A stretch of DNA of 64,000 nucleotides from Octopus sinensis (GCF_006345805.1 NW_021832563.1:31811-95810); one strand, 5' to 3'. Counted from the first letter of the stretch, positions 38,403 through 50,123 are shown. Notes: generated from the letters alone by a model not told the origin. Translations and numbers: made by a program.

Positions 38403-38768
38403 GTGGCACTCCGTCGGTTACGACGACGGGGTCCAGTTGATACGATCAACTGAACAGCCTGCTCGTGAAATTAACGTGCAAGTGGCTGAGCACTCCACAG
38501 ACACGTGTTCTAGAGGAAATTCAGCATGACACAATGTGTAACAAAGCCGGCCCTTTCAAATACAGATTCGACAGAAAAAGGAAGAAAGAGTGAGAGAAAG
38601 TTGTGGTGAAAGAGTACAGCAGGGTTCACTACCAACTCCTACCAGAGCCTCGTGAAGCTTTAGGTGTTTTCGCTCAATAAACACCCACAATTCCTGGTAT
38701 GAGAATCGAAACCGCGATCCTATGACTGCGAGTCCGCTCCTCTAACAACCGAGCCATTGTGCCTCCAC
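38403..38768 (-). mobile_element. SINE family C, near full-length
   Basis: tRNA-like head at 38700-38768 and tail ending ..cgtcgtaaccgacggagtgccac. Confidence 0.88.
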
Positions 38769-39108
38769 ACCGCTATACTAACCCCCATGACATATGCCGT
38801 AAAATCGCGGCTATCTGGCAGAATGGTTAACGAGATCGGATAAAATGCCTTGCGTTATTTGTTCCCATTCAGGACGGTCCGAGTTCAAATGGCGCCAAAT
38901 TAAACATCTACTTTCAACCTTCCGGAATGAATCGTTATAATAACGTCCAAGTCAGAATTGGTCAGCGGACGAACGTTGGTGTTGAACCCTGAAAAAAACT
39001 GGCGTGTCATTTAGGGAGTATGGAAAATGAGTAACCGGTCTTACGAGTATTAAGGACCATGAAAAAAAAAAACAGAAATTAAAAACGAACCAAAACAAAA
39101 TTCCTTTG

Positions 39109-39274
39109 CACATAATTTACCTTATATACATTTGACGGATATTTCTCCTCATCTTGTTTGTTGTTAACACAACGTTTCGGCTGATGTACTCTCCAGCCTT
39201 CTTTGGGGAAATTTCGAACCTGAGTTCTCATTCCTGAGGTATTTTTCGATGTTAGAATAATGAATATAATAATA

Positions 39275-39325
<51 letters not shown>

Positions 39326-39516
39326 TAACAACAACAACAACAACAAAACAACAACATCGAAAGAGAACCCAGGTTCGAAATTTCCCCTTAGACACCTGAT
39401 GGCGGTTGGAGGGTATATCAGCCGAAACGTTGTGTTAACAACAAACAAGATGAGGACAAATATCCGTCAAATGTAAATAACGTACGTAATTCTTCATCTC
39501 TCAAATATAGAACTGT
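39109..39516 (+). mobile_element. Penelope-like inverted-repeat insertion with hammerhead remnants and a candidate 12-bp TSD
   Basis: Arms about 39127-39253 and 39353-39476 around an (AAT/AAC)n spacer. Right arm: acac-CTGATGG-cggttg..cagcc-GAAA-C-GTT-gtgt. aaaattcctttg occurs at 39097 and 39517. Confidence 0.7.
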
Positions 39517-39619
39517 AAAATTCCTTTGTTAATTATTTCATCAAGTGGTCCCGAAACACGAAAGATAGAAACGACGGAGTCAAAATTTGAACTCAGAACA
39601 TAAAGTTTGATATCTTGCC

Positions 39620-40783
39620 CTGAGACTGCGACATCTCCGGCTCTACGTAGACGACAGTGAACATGTGTGGTCGCCGTTTGTGAGGCGCACTTTCCCGCAG
39701 CTCATCTCCATGACCGAACTGCGGTCGTGGATCAAAAAGAGGCCGAGGAAAGGCGAATAGTACCGCGAGCGTCGCGTTGCTCTCAAGCAACTATGGAGTC
39801 CCGGGTCGATCTTGAACGACTTGAACATAACCAAAGCATTCTACAGGGGATTAGTGGAGGGGAGGTACGACGACGAGCTCGGGGCGAACCTGGGCGTCAA
39901 CGAGGAGTACCTGAGTCGCCTGTTCAAGATGACTTTCGGGCCGGGATCTATGGACAACCTCCAGAGATCCCTGGCCTGGCAATGCTATCGAGAAGCGCTA
40001 CTCGTTCAGGATAAGCTCTACAGACATGGCTCGAGAAACACAGGGCCGACCTGCCTGAGATGCGGTCAGAGCGACAAAACCGTCCTGCACGCACTCGTAC
40101 AGTGTCCAACCATTTCCGACCTGTGGGCTTATGTCGAACAACTGCTGTCACGTGTGAGACGAGTCGGTTTATCAAACAAATCTATCGTGAATATTGTCGC
40201 GCCTCCTTCTTTGAAAGGGGAAGGAAGAGCCATTTTCATCGTACTTGTGGCTAATGCGAAAGAATGTATCTGGTGGACACGTCTGAAAGCATTGGAGACA
40301 AACACTTTCCTCTCTGGTCAATCTCTCATCAACTTCTTAAAGTATCACTTGAAGAGGAAGGTGAGAGTAGAGAGGCAAGTCTTGTCTAGCGAATGTTTTA
40401 AAAAAGGATGGGTGAATGTAGCAAGGATGGCACGTGTGAATGACGGAGCCAGCTTGAGCATAATCCTATGAACCAAAAAATGAAAAGAAAAAACGTGAGT
40501 CACTCACTGCAATGTGTTTTTTTGCATATTATTGCCCAAGGTTACCGTGGTCTGATCCGTATGCTTTTCTTTCGACGTATAAACCTAATCTGTTACCCCT
40601 TTTTATATTGTGACATTTGTGATACACGATTCCTATTGATCGGCCCTTTTTTTTACGATCCCTTTTGATTGAATTTTTACCCCACATTTTTTTGTTTCTT
40701 TCCTACTTCTTTTCCCAAAAAGTAAAGCGCTACTTTGTATTTTGTCCCCACTGTGTTAAGCCCTGTGTGACCAAAAAGAAACA

Positions 40784-40845
<62 letters not shown>
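39620..40845 (+). pseudogene. 5'-truncated L1/Tx1-like LINE: ORF2 C-terminus with zinc finger, 3' UTR and (TCTA)n tail
   Basis: ORF 39812-40471 has AWQCYREAL..CLRCGQSDKTVLHALVQCP..LWAYV (CxxC..H..C motif typical of L1/Tx1 ORF2); upstream frame continues through one stop; T-rich UTR; (TCTA)n. Confidence 0.85.
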
Positions 40846-40846
<1 letters not shown>

Positions 40847-40849
40847 ACA

Positions 40850-41120
40850 CTTCATATTGACATTTCTGTGATTACGATCCCTATTGATCAACTTTTTTTT
40901 CCTCTTCTTTTTTCTTTTTTTCTTTCTTTTTTTTCTTCTCCTCCCTTTTTTTAAAAATCCTTCCCTTTTTTGTGCTCTTTCTTTCCTTGTACGATCCCTT
41001 TTGATCGAAAACCAACCCCCTTTTATTTTACCCCCAAAAGAAAAGCTCTACCTTGTAATTTGTTCTGTCTGTGTGCAGCCCTGTGTGGCTAATAAAGAAA
41101 CATATCTCTCTATCTATCTA
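40850..41120 (+). mobile_element. Second, UTR-only 3' end of the same LINE family
   Basis: Paralogous to 40605-40800; ends ccctgtgtggctaataaagaaacata-(TCTA)-like tail. Confidence 0.75.
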
Positions 41121-41561
41121 TAATGAAATCTGAAGTGTCACCTTTATTACATCCGGGTCTCACCTTTTGCATCGAGACATGATAAATATTTCACGCCTTC
41201 TCTTGTTCCGTTAAGGATTTCATTCTTAAGTATGCAACTACATGTATTAAACGCTCCTCTCTCTGTCTCTCTCTCTCACTCTCTGTCTCTCTCTCGTTCT
41301 CTATCTATCTACATACACGATTCTCTCTCTTTCTCTCCCTCTCTCTCCCGGGCTCACCTTCTCTGTATGTTACTAAAGCGTCAAATAAGCGTTGCAGCTG
41401 GTTTCTAGTGAACGACATTGTAAGACATATGTCTTATGGAACAACAGCAACAACAGCAACAACAACAACAGCAGCAGCAGCAGCCGCAGCAGCAGCAGCC
41501 GCAGCAGCAACAACCACACCAAAAACAACAATAACAACAAATTACCAACACTATATGATAA

Positions 41562-41617
<56 letters not shown>

Positions 41618-41721
41618 TAATATTCCTCTAAGATAAATACATGTAAAATAAGCCAACAGGGTCACCTCACTGGGTGGTCTGTTTTCTGTTTGGTTCAGTC
41701 GCCAGAGAAGGAGAGAAAAGA

Positions 41722-41759
<38 letters not shown>

Positions 41760-42014
41760 GGTGTTGTTATTGGTGGTGGGGAGCGAGAGAGAGAGAGAGA
41801 GTGAGGGAGGGAGTGCAGTTAATTAGCTAATTGGTAAATGTAACATATTGCTTAAGCAAAGTCACGCAGATAGGAGACCTTACTCGAACACACCCCACCA
41901 TCACCGCCGCCGCAAATCGTTTCATACATTTCCCTCCTTCGTTTATATTTAAGTGTGCAAGTTGTTTTGCTTGGCGAAGAAGCTTGCGTTTGTTCTTCGG
42001 ATCGCGTTGGACTC

Positions 42015-42260
42015 TTTGTCCTTCTTCTTCTTCTTCTTCTACTTCTTCTTTTTCTTCTTCTTCTTCTTCTTCTTTCACCTTCTTCTTTCTTCTTCTTCTT
42101 CTTCTTTTACATTCTTCTTCTTTCTTCTTCTTCTTCTTCTTCTTCTTTCTTCCTCTTCTTCTTCTTCTTCTTCTTTTTCTTCTTCTTCTTCTTCTTCTTC
42201 TTCTTCTTTTACATTCTTCTTCTTCTTCTTCTTTTACATTCTTCTTCTTCTTCTTCTTCT
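42015..42260. repeat. (TTC)n tract
   Basis: Direct repeat reading. Confidence 0.95.
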
Positions 42261-42454
42261 GCCGTAGGGAGCTTGTCTCCCATCTCAGTCGTTGAGAAAA
42301 GTGCTCTCAGTGGCTAAGGTTTGTTTGACTCTTAATTCTAGCAAGGTCGGTGCTGGCTAGTACCCTCATTCACTTCAGTGATGACTATACCTGTTGCCTT
42401 TCGGTTGTAAATTGCAAATAGCCACTTAACAATTCATACAGGTATATATATATA

Positions 42455-42490
<36 letters not shown>

Positions 42491-42491
<1 letters not shown>

Positions 42492-42650
42492 TAGCATTAT
42501 GACCCGCCGTTGCGGGTCATAGTGCTAGTGCATGTATATATGTGTAAATATTACTGTACATCTATTATATATACATCTACACATAAATACGAAAATACAA
42601 AGTTATATCTTGATATCGTAGTGATAACAATACTCAAATATGTAACAGAC
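42491..42650 (-). mobile_element. Helitron-type 3' end (CTAG plus subterminal hairpin)
   Basis: ctagcattatgacccgccgttgcgggtcatagtgctag hairpin; a second copy lies at 45141-45297. Confidence 0.65.
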
Positions 42651-43010
42651 TGGAATTGGAGGCCCGTCTCATGCAATTTCGATAATTGTATCTTGTCCTC
42701 CCCCTGTATAGAAGTGTGGCTACAATCCAGCCTACATCTACTTCTGGGAGGGCATTTTTAATTTTAATTTTTATCTGGGACGTAGGACGTCCCAGATATA
42801 AAGGTGAAAATAAAATATTTCCACTTTGCAAGGTTCGAGTCGAGTACTCCCTTTCACGCTCTATTGACTCGAACCTTGCTTCTATTGTGGCGAATTTACC
42901 GCCTCTGATTAGATACCTTTCATAGTCGCACCAAAACACTTTTTGATGGTGCTTTCCTCCAGGTGTTCAAATCTATTTTTTTTCTCTATATTGTATACTT
43001 TATAGACAAT

Positions 43011-43414
43011 AGGCGCAGGAGTGGCTGTGTGGTAAGTAGCTTGTTTACCAACCACATAGCTCCGGGTTCAGTCCCACTGCGTGGCACCTTGGGCAAGTGT
43101 ATTTTACTATAGCCTCGGGCCGACCAAAGCCTTGTGAGTGGATTTGGTAGACGGAAACTGAAAGAAGCCCGTCGTATATATGTATATATTTGTGTGCGTG
43201 TATGTTTGTGTTTGTCCCCCTAGCATTGATTGACAACCGATGATGGTGTGTTTATGTCCCGTCACTTAGCGGTTCGGCAAAAGAGACCGATAGAATAAGT
43301 ACTAGGCTTACAAAAAAAAAATAAGTCCCGGGGTCGAGTTGTTCGATTAAAGGCGGTGCTCCAGCATGGCAACAGTCAAATGACTGAAACAAGTAAAAGA
43401 GTAAAAAAAGAGTA
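43011..43414 (+). mobile_element. SINE family B, full-length
   Basis: aggcgcaggagtggctgtgtggtaag..gggttcagtcccactgcg..aaatgactgaaacaagtaaaagagtaa. Confidence 0.93.
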
Positions 43415-44003
43415 ATAATCTTTTCTTTAATTTAATTTTTTATTTCGTTTGGTGGTGTTATCCTAGATTCACCGTCTTTGTCGGTGATCAATCCGAAATA
43501 GGTTTGTATTTCTTCCATTTTAATGAGTTCGCGCCCGCCGACGGCTGCAGCAAAATTCCTTTCTGGACTTTCTTCTATCGAAGGCATTCTAACAAAAATG
43601 CTTCTGTGTAAACGGTGAAAATATTGTCAATTTCCCAAACAGGGCCACAATTCATTTTTAAACAATAACCAAAGCTCTTCTCCAAAGGGGGAGGGGTTAC
43701 AGTTTACAATTATTTAAACAAATGCAACACAACAACGTTTCCTACGAGGAACCAACAAACGTAATAACAATAGTTAAACAGTAATAATAATAACAACAAA
43801 CCTTACGGTGAGTCAGAAAGCAGTACGCTGTTGAAGCTATAGTCCTTTATGTATAGTAGTCCATCTGGACTATTCCATTTCTGCACGCTAATTTTATTTT
43901 TAATTTAATCCCATTCACCACTTATTCAAGTTGAAGTCATTGATGCAATTTTATACCAGTTGCTATTTTTACTTTGAATTGTTATGTTACGATTTAATTA
44001 TTA

Positions 44004-44397
44004 CTAGCAGTAATCGACCGGCGTTGCTGGGGTTTGTTTCGACCCTTTAGAATTGGAATTTTTGAAAAGTAAAAATTTCGCATTATGTAGCTTGTTATTC
44101 TCTTTAAGTGAAATTTTTCTGGTTGAAACACACCGAAAAATGGTGACACAGCTGTCAAAAAATCGTAAAAAAAAAGGGATTTTCATAGAAAAAAAAGCAC
44201 CTTTGTGATGTAAATAATTTTTGGTGTTAACATGGTCCGATTTGAATTTTATCTACTACGGAATGAAGAGCAAACCTTCTTCTATCATACTCTCAATTTT
44301 GGTCAACTTGTGCTGCAGGGTCTCGGAGGAGATAGTGTTAGTTGAAGGCTACCAAACCTGCCACACACAGACAACTTCAGCTTTATATAGAGAGAGA
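44004..44397 (-). mobile_element. Non-autonomous Helitron
   Basis: Minus strand starts TC(tctctatataaagc), ends in a GC hairpin plus CTAG, and is inserted between A and T; paralogue at 62156-62487. Confidence 0.82.
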
Positions 44398-44419
44398 TAT
44401 TATACTTTAGTTTGATTTT

Positions 44420-44737
44420 AATTATTACTTACTCCATATAATAATTGTTATTATTATCTCTACTTTTTATTGTTACAGTGAAAATATCTGACATAAAATA
44501 GAGAAATGTTTTTGTTTCACTTTTAACACGTAATACTGAAATAGTGGAGAAGATATGATCATTGCTATGGCTCGCCCTAGGCAAGAAGTTGAACATTTTT
44601 TTTGCCCATGAAACTACATGGACCCTAAGTAAGGCATGTGTAAAATTTGAATGAAATTGGTTGTGTAGTTCTCAAGTTTTAGGGAAACACACAGACAGAC
44701 AGACAGATACACATTCTCAGTTTTATATATAGAGAGA
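44420..44737 (-). mobile_element. 5' part of another Helitron-type element
   Basis: Minus strand begins a|tctctctatatataaaactgag followed by (CTGT)n; the left boundary is uncertain. Confidence 0.55.
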
Positions 44738-45140
44738 TGTACACACACTCACACATACACCTTCACTTGACAACCGATATTGGTGTGTTTACGTCTCTGT
44801 AATATAGCGGTTTGGACAAGAGACCGATAGAATAAGTACTTGGGTCGATTTGTTCGACTAAAGGCGGTGCTCGAGCATAGCCGCAGTCACCGCCTTTAGT
44901 CGAACAAATCGACCCCAGTACTTATTCTATCGGTCTCTTGTCCAAACCACTATGTTACAGAGACGTAAACACACCAATATCGGTTGTCACGTGAAGGTGG
45001 GGGGACCACTCATTTAATACAATAGGTAAGTTAATTGCAACGCAATTAAAAACACTTGTGTATTAATTGGGTATTATACCAACAGTAAATTGGTTAATAG
45101 CCACCTTAACAATTCATATATGTATATATATATATTCATA

Positions 45141-45297
45141 CTAGCATTATGACCCGTCGTTGCCGGGTCATAGAGCTAGTGCATGTATATATGTGTATAT
45201 ATATGTGTACATATTACAAGTACATCTATATATATACATCTACACATAAAATACAAAATACGAAGTTATATCTTGATATCGCTAGTGATAACAATAC
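45141..45297 (-). mobile_element. Helitron-type 3' end, paralogue of 42491-42650
   Basis: Near-identical hairpin/CTAG end and body. Confidence 0.65.
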
Positions 45298-45832
45298 TTT
45301 AGTGGGTTGGACCCACAGCCCCTAACTTTCTTGGTGCTAAACAATAATTAAATGAGGAATATCTATTACTAATATTTGTATATGTATAAACTATCGATGC
45401 AATATTTGGAATATTGCTGGTGAGAGCGAGAACATTTGAGTATGGTATGATAGTCCTTCAAAACGAATACTGTTGGGAAAATGGAGTTAACAAAGATGGA
45501 CTCATCACTAAAGGACATACCCATACCAACTAAGGGTATAAGTATGTATGTTATTATGGTTGTCGTTTTGATAAATAAATAATTCAACATTTTAACGTCC
45601 TAAAGTTGATGAACCAACTATTGTGCTTGTCCATTTTATTATATATATATGTATACGAAAGGATTCTTTCAGTTTCCGTGTATCAAATCCAGTGGCAAAG
45701 CCTTGGTCGGCCCGAGGCTATAGTGAAAGAAAGTTACCGGAGGTGAAACGCATTAGGACTGAATCAGGAACTACGTGGTTGGGAAGCAGGGTTCTTACCA
45801 TGCAGCCACTCTTGCAACTATATATATGTATA

Positions 45833-45891
<59 letters not shown>

Positions 45892-46151
45892 GGTGCAAGA
45901 GTGGCTGCGTGGTATATATATATATACATATATATATACATACATATATATATATATATGTGTGTGTGTATGTATTGTTGTCTTTACATTCCCTTAACTT
46001 AGCGGTTCGGCATATCAGACCAATAAAACAAATCTCCGATTAAGAAAAAAGGATAAGTAAGTACTGAGTCCAATTCGGTGGACTGAAATATTCTTCAAGA
46101 TGGTACTCCAGCGTGGGTCCAGCCTGAAGAAAGTAATGTCTTTATGTATAA

Positions 46152-46370
46152 AAGCGGTGGAGCTGGCAGAAACGTTAGCACGCCAGGCGCAATGCTTAGC
46201 GATATTTCGTCTGGCGTTACGTTCTGAGTTCAAATTCCGCCGAGGTCGACTTTGCCTTTTATCCTTTCGGAGTCGATAAATTAAGTACCAGTTATGCACT
46301 GGGGTTCGATCTAATCGACGGAGTCCCCCTCCCCCAAAATTTCGGACCTTGTGCCTAGAGTAGAAAAGAA
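46152..46370 (+). mobile_element. SINE family A with the alternative 3' tail
   Basis: Family A head and core, then ..ccccctcccccaaaatttcggaccttgtgcctagagtagaaaaga. Confidence 0.9.
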
Positions 46371-46575
46371 TATATATATATATATATATACTAAGCAATA
46401 AGGGTTTAGCAACGAGTTGCCTTACCACATACCGAATTTAGAAATAGCAGTCAAAGGGTTATAGCTATTTCTTCTACTAAAAAGGGAGATCTCAGTAAAA
46501 ACAGCATTTGGAAGGCAGACACAAACAGGTAAGAGAGAATGAATTGACTGCAATCTATCATACATTTTTTAGTTA

Positions 46576-46681
46576 TCCACGGACGTACGTTTCGAAATCA
46601 AGTTTTTAGGAAAGCATAAGAATTAAATATTAATATTAAATAATTCTATCTTACCGAAACTTCTTTTCTCTTCAGCGTAAA
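46576..46681 (-). ncRNA. Type I hammerhead ribozyme, array 2 inverted copy
   Basis: Reverse complement of the motif at 47399; intact core. Confidence 0.85.
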
Positions 46682-47398
46682 ATAAACTATATCATAAATG
46701 ATTATATATTGAATTTTGAGATACCAGAAGGCACCAACTCAACTCAGTATCAGAGCGAGCTAGAATCCGCAACTGGTATCACCGAATTCAATTTGTGAAT
46801 GAAACGATTGTGTCAACAGCCCCTTCCCACCGCGTGTAGCCAAAACAAGATGCTGTGGTCATCTACTGAGATAAAATATGGTTATCCGTAATAATGAAGG
46901 GTGAAATTAATTAATTTGGAAAATTATCAATTACACCAATAGTCTTCGGCATGTAAAAGCCTCATTCGAGGAAAATTTAAGTAATACTAAGCAATAAGGG
47001 TTTAGCAACGAGTTGCCTACCACATACCGAATTTTGACTGCTATTTCTAAATTCGGTATGTGGTAAGGCAACTCGTTGCTAACCCTTATTGCTTAGTATT
47101 ACTTAAATTTTCCTCGAATGAGGCTTTTACATGCCGAAGACTACTTGGTGTAATTGATAATTTTTCCAAATTAATTAATTTCACCTTCATTATTACGGAT
47201 AACCATATTTTGTCTCAGTAGATGACCACAGCATCTTTTTTGGCTACACGCGGGTGGGAAGGGTTGTTGACACAATCGTTTCATTCACAAATTGAATTCG
47301 GTGATACCAGTTGCGGATTCTAGCTCGCTCTGATACTGAGTTGAGTTGGTGCCTTCTGGTATCTCAAAATTCAATTATAATCATTTATGATATAGTAT

Positions 47399-47505
47399 TC
47401 TACGCTGAAGAGAAAAGAAGTTTCGGTAAGATAGAATTATTTAATATTTAATATTTAATTCTTATGCTTTCCTAAAAACTTGATTTCGAAACGTACGTCC
47501 GTGGA
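47399..47505 (+). ncRNA. Type I hammerhead ribozyme, array 2 copy 1 (cleavage predicted after 47499)
   Basis: tctacg-CTGAAGA-gaaa..[76-nt stem II: gaaa/tttc, aagttt/aaactt, agaatta/taattct]..tttc-GAAA-CGTAC-GTC-cgtgga; canonical G-C base of stem II; stem III ACGTACGT is a perfect palindrome. Confidence 0.88.
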
Positions 47506-47997
47506 TAACTAAAAAAATGTATGATAGATTGCAGTCAATTCATTCTCTCTTACCTGTTTGTGTCTGCCTTCCAAATGCTGTTTTTACTGAGATCTCCCTT
47601 TTTAGTAGAAGAAATAGCTATAACCCTTGACTGCTATTTCTAAATTCGGTATGTGGTAAGGCAACTCGTTGCTAAACCCTTATTGCTTAGTATTACTTAA
47701 ATTTTCCTCGAATGAGGCTTTTACATGCCGAAGACTACTTGGTGTAATTGATAATTTTTCCAAATTAATTAATTTCACCCTTCATTATTACGGATAACCA
47801 TATTTTATCTCAGTAGATGACCACAGCATCTTGTTTTGGCTACACGCGGGTGGGAAGGGGCTGTTGACACAATCGTTTCATTCACAAATTGAATTCGGTG
47901 ATACCAGTTGCGGATTCTAGCTCGCTCTGATACTGAGTTGAGTTGGTGCCTTCTGGTATCTCAAAATTCAATATATAATCATTTATGATTATAGTAT

Positions 47998-48103
47998 TCT
48001 ACGCTGAAGAGAAAAGAAGTTTCGGTAAGATAGAATTATTTAATATTTAATATTTAATTCTTATGCTTTCCTAAAAACTTGATTCGAAACGTACGTCCGT
48101 GGA
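47998..48103 (+). ncRNA. Type I hammerhead ribozyme, array 2 copy 2 (cleavage predicted after 48097)
   Basis: Same motif with one T missing in stem II. Confidence 0.85.
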
Positions 48104-48596
48104 TAACTAAAAAAATGTATGATAGATTGCAGTCAATTCATTCTCTCTTACCTGTTTGTGTCTGCCTTCCAAATGCTGTTTTTACTGAGATCTCCCTTTT
48201 TAGTAGAAGAAATAGCTATAACCCTTTGACTGCTATTTCTAAATTCGGTATGTGGTAAGGCAACTCGTTGCTAAACCCTTATTGCTTAGTATTACTTAAA
48301 TTTTCCTCGAATGAGGCTTTTACATGCCGAAGACTACTTGGTGTAATTGATAATTTTTCCAAATTAATTAATTTCACCCTTCATTATTACGGATAACCAT
48401 ATTTTATCTCAGTAGATGACCACAGCATCTTGTTTTGGCTACACGCGGGTGGGAAGGGGCTGTTGACACAATCGTTTCATTCACAAATTGAATTCGGTGA
48501 TACCAGTTGCGGATTCTAGCTCGCTCTGATACTGAGTTGAGTTGGTGCCTTCTGGTATCTCAAAATTCAATATATAATCATTTATGATTATAGTAT

Positions 48597-48703
48597 TCTA
48601 CGCTGAAGAGAAAAGAAGTTTCGGTAAGATAGAATTATTTAATATTTAATATTTAATTCTTATGCTTTCCTAAAAACTTGATTTCGAAACGTACGTCCGT
48701 GGA
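48597..48703 (+). ncRNA. Type I hammerhead ribozyme, array 2 copy 3 (cleavage predicted after 48697)
   Basis: Same motif as copy 1. Confidence 0.88.
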
Positions 48704-49376
48704 TAACTAAAAAATGTATGATAGATTGCAGTCATTCATTCTCTTTACCTGTTTGTGTCTGCCTTCCAAATGCTGTTTTTACTGAGATCTCCCTTTTTAG
48801 TAGAAGAAATAGCTATAACCCTTTGACTGCTATTTCTAAATTCGGTATGTGGTAAGGCAACTCGTTGCTAAACCCTTATTGCTTAGTATATATATATATA
48901 TATATATATATAATACTACCGCCGCCGCTGTTATATATGTGTCCATCATCACTGTATACACGCCGCACCCCCCCCGAAACTCTACCACCCCTACCATCAC
49001 CACCTCCACCACCTCCACCAGCAACACGACCATTATATACGCCGTCATTATCAGACAATCTCAGCTACTTATAAAACCCTTATCTGAAGTCTTTCAGAAA
49101 ATAACAAATAACTTTTAGATTGTTTTGCTGTTGTTGTTGTTGTTGCTGTTGAAGCTCCCAACGGCCGACGTATTTACAATAACCCATCACGCCCCCCTCC
49201 CCATCCCCGCACACACAGATAATAAAATGCACCACCACCGCCTAGCTACCCGGCTCAAGTTCACACACCTGTATACTTTACTTATGCACCCCGGGTAGAA
49301 AGTATTCAAAGTTAAAACTTACGTATTTATGTGTCTGTCTGTGTGTAGTATGTGTTTATATGTATGTATGTGTAGG

Positions 49377-49414
<38 letters not shown>

Positions 49415-49625
49415 CATATTCACATATATGCATACATACATATGTATTGAAGTAAGTATCTATATACGCATGTATGATATGCATGTGTTTATATAATATA
49501 TATGTATGTATATACAAGTATATATATTTAGAAGTGTTATATGTGTGTGTGTATACATAGTCATAGATAGATAGAATGATACGTGGATATATCTATATCT
49601 ATATCTATATATCTATATCTATATC

Positions 49626-49671
<46 letters not shown>

Positions 49672-49870
49672 GTGTGTGTGTATGTGTGTGTATGTGTGTG
49701 TGTATGTATGTATGTATGTATGTATGTATGTATTTCATATAAATTAGTGTACATTTCTTTACACAACAGAAGTGACCTTAACAGGACACCTTACATGCTG
49801 AAAAGGGTAGTTAAATCTCAAAGATTATTTTCGAAGGGAATGAAAAATAAAAGCATTTCAACAGTTACCA

Positions 49871-49936
49871 CATATACTCGAGTTTCGACATCAATGAACA
49901 AATAAAATAATTTGCCATCCGTGTCTCATTAGTATG
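49871..49936 (-). ncRNA. Hammerhead remnant with a G5A core change
   Basis: Minus: cata-CTAATGA-gaca..tgtc-GAAA-CTCGA-GTA-tatg; stem III ACTCGAGT is palindromic. Confidence 0.6.
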
Positions 49937-50092
49937 GGCGCCATAATTAATGTATATTTGTGGAACACTGAAGACACACATTTTCCAAATATATAGATTA
50001 TAATTTTACAAATCCACTGCGCAAGCGCAGCTACACTCTGCTGTAAATGAGAATTACGTACCAACGTTCTTCAAAATTACGAAAAGTTTTAC

Positions 50093-50123
<31 letters not shown>

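Larger units (their letters stand above)
46389..48888. mobile_element. Tandem array 2: about 597-bp hammerhead-containing unit; one inverted copy (46389-47034) head-to-head with three direct copies (47035-48888), in (TA)n
   Basis: Unit ends (gcttagta) at 47098, 47692, 48291 and 48888; the reverse complement (tactaagc) at 46389 and 46985. No ORF of 60 aa or more inside; one hammerhead per unit. Confidence 0.88.

Noticed and set aside
41821-41832. Palindromic homeodomain-like site aattagctaatt
   Set aside because: A single 12-bp AT-rich palindrome is insufficient evidence.
47100-47400. Residual GIY-YIG or RT coding sequence in the array unit
   Set aside because: The frames examined close within about 35 codons and show no recognisable motif; the ORF track has no entry inside either array.
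46389-48888. Ambisense (both-polarity) ribozymes as in viroid-like RNAs
   Set aside because: I looked for TCNTCAG (antisense CUGANGA) within the units of both arrays and found none. The minus-strand hammerhead here comes only from the inverted copy. Other ribozyme classes were not excluded.
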